DNA of 63,374 bases, counting the filler, from Octopus bimaculoides (Eukaryota): NCBI RefSeq assembly GCF_001194135.2. It is 7 parts of 7 records of this genome, joined end to end, with 100 filler letters (N's around TTAATTAATTAA, not from the genome) between each part and the next. Parts side by side here need not be neighbours in the genome. Positions count along the whole stretch, not along the records: positions 59,209 to 63,374 come from NC_068988.1; 6 more parts are not named here. The stretch is one strand, 5' to 3'. The translations under genes were made by a program, and so were the position numbers. Each line of letters starts with the position of its first letter. The first letter of the stretch is position 1. Under the pieces are notes generated by a model. It was not told the origin of the DNA and made no database searches. It worked only from the letters and a program-made list of their open reading frames with translations. Positions 62,825 through 63,374 of this stretch are shown in pieces.

Positions 62825-63374
62825 TTGTATGAAATTTGTGAAATTGTTTTTACTGATGGATACCTGCAGTGTGCTGTAACTGTTTTTGGCTCATGTGTGG
62901 TGAACCTTTTTTGACATGGTGAGCGGAATTGGACTTTTGCCTGTTGATACCTGTTGGGTGCCTGTTGTGCGCTCTTGTGTGTGCCGGATTGGTGCTAAAT
63001 TGCCTTTTGGTGTCTACTGGTTTTGAGGTGTGAAATGTGCCTGAGGGAGTTGAAGAACTTTGAACTTTAATTCTAAGTGGTGTTAATTCACTTTCTCTCC
63101 TTGTTTTTTCAACCGATAGACTACTTTATGGTACCTCATTTCTTCATGTCATTTTATTTTACTATATCGACTTATATTATATTATATTATTATATTATAT
63201 ATTTGAAATTTTTACTCCTTCCGTATTAATTTTAACTTTTATGAAATGATATTCACGTGTATTGCTTTATACCTTTAACTCAATTTTTTTCAGTTCCATG
63301 TTATCGGTTGAACCAATATATTCGTGTATAAAAATTTTATACTATATGCTATATTTTTATATATTTATTATTTC

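Larger units (their letters stand above)
61187..63374 (+). mobile_element. 5'-truncated Penelope-like retroelement (second family), running off the window end
   Basis: RT motif 7/thumb, Cys linker and GIY-YIG, then a 3' region with a hammerhead and a terminal repeat. Confidence 0.92.

Overview
Repeat-rich, AT-rich eukaryotic DNA with about 30 N-gaps. The SINE families, microsatellite load and TTAGGG-type repeat suggest a coleoid cephalopod (Octopus-like); this is an inference. No host protein-coding gene can be supported, only two weak exon candidates. Nearly all ORFs in the supplied track are microsatellite or gap artefacts. The real content is transposon debris: two Penelope-like elements (PLEs) with RT-thumb, a CxC-x5-C-x5-C linker and a C-terminal GIY-YIG endonuclease, plus probable solo PLE terminal repeats. 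Also present are mariner remnants (one with both TIRs), RTE-type and RLE-type (R4/Dong/HERO-like) LINE remnants, four tRNA-derived SINE families in about 30 copies, minisatellites and a ~1.5 kb interstitial telomere-like array. The most notable signal is five minimal type I hammerhead-ribozyme motifs, read by eye and absent from the ORF track. Three carry a CCGANGA core variant, the best-preserved ones have a self-complementary stem III, and all lie in PLEs or (TA)n-flanked cassettes. One PLE is bracketed by a long inverted terminal repeat. Six TTAATTAATTAA linkers inside 100-bp gaps are assembly joins, so adjacency across them is uncertain. SINE and LINE boundaries are approximate (plus or minus tens of bp).
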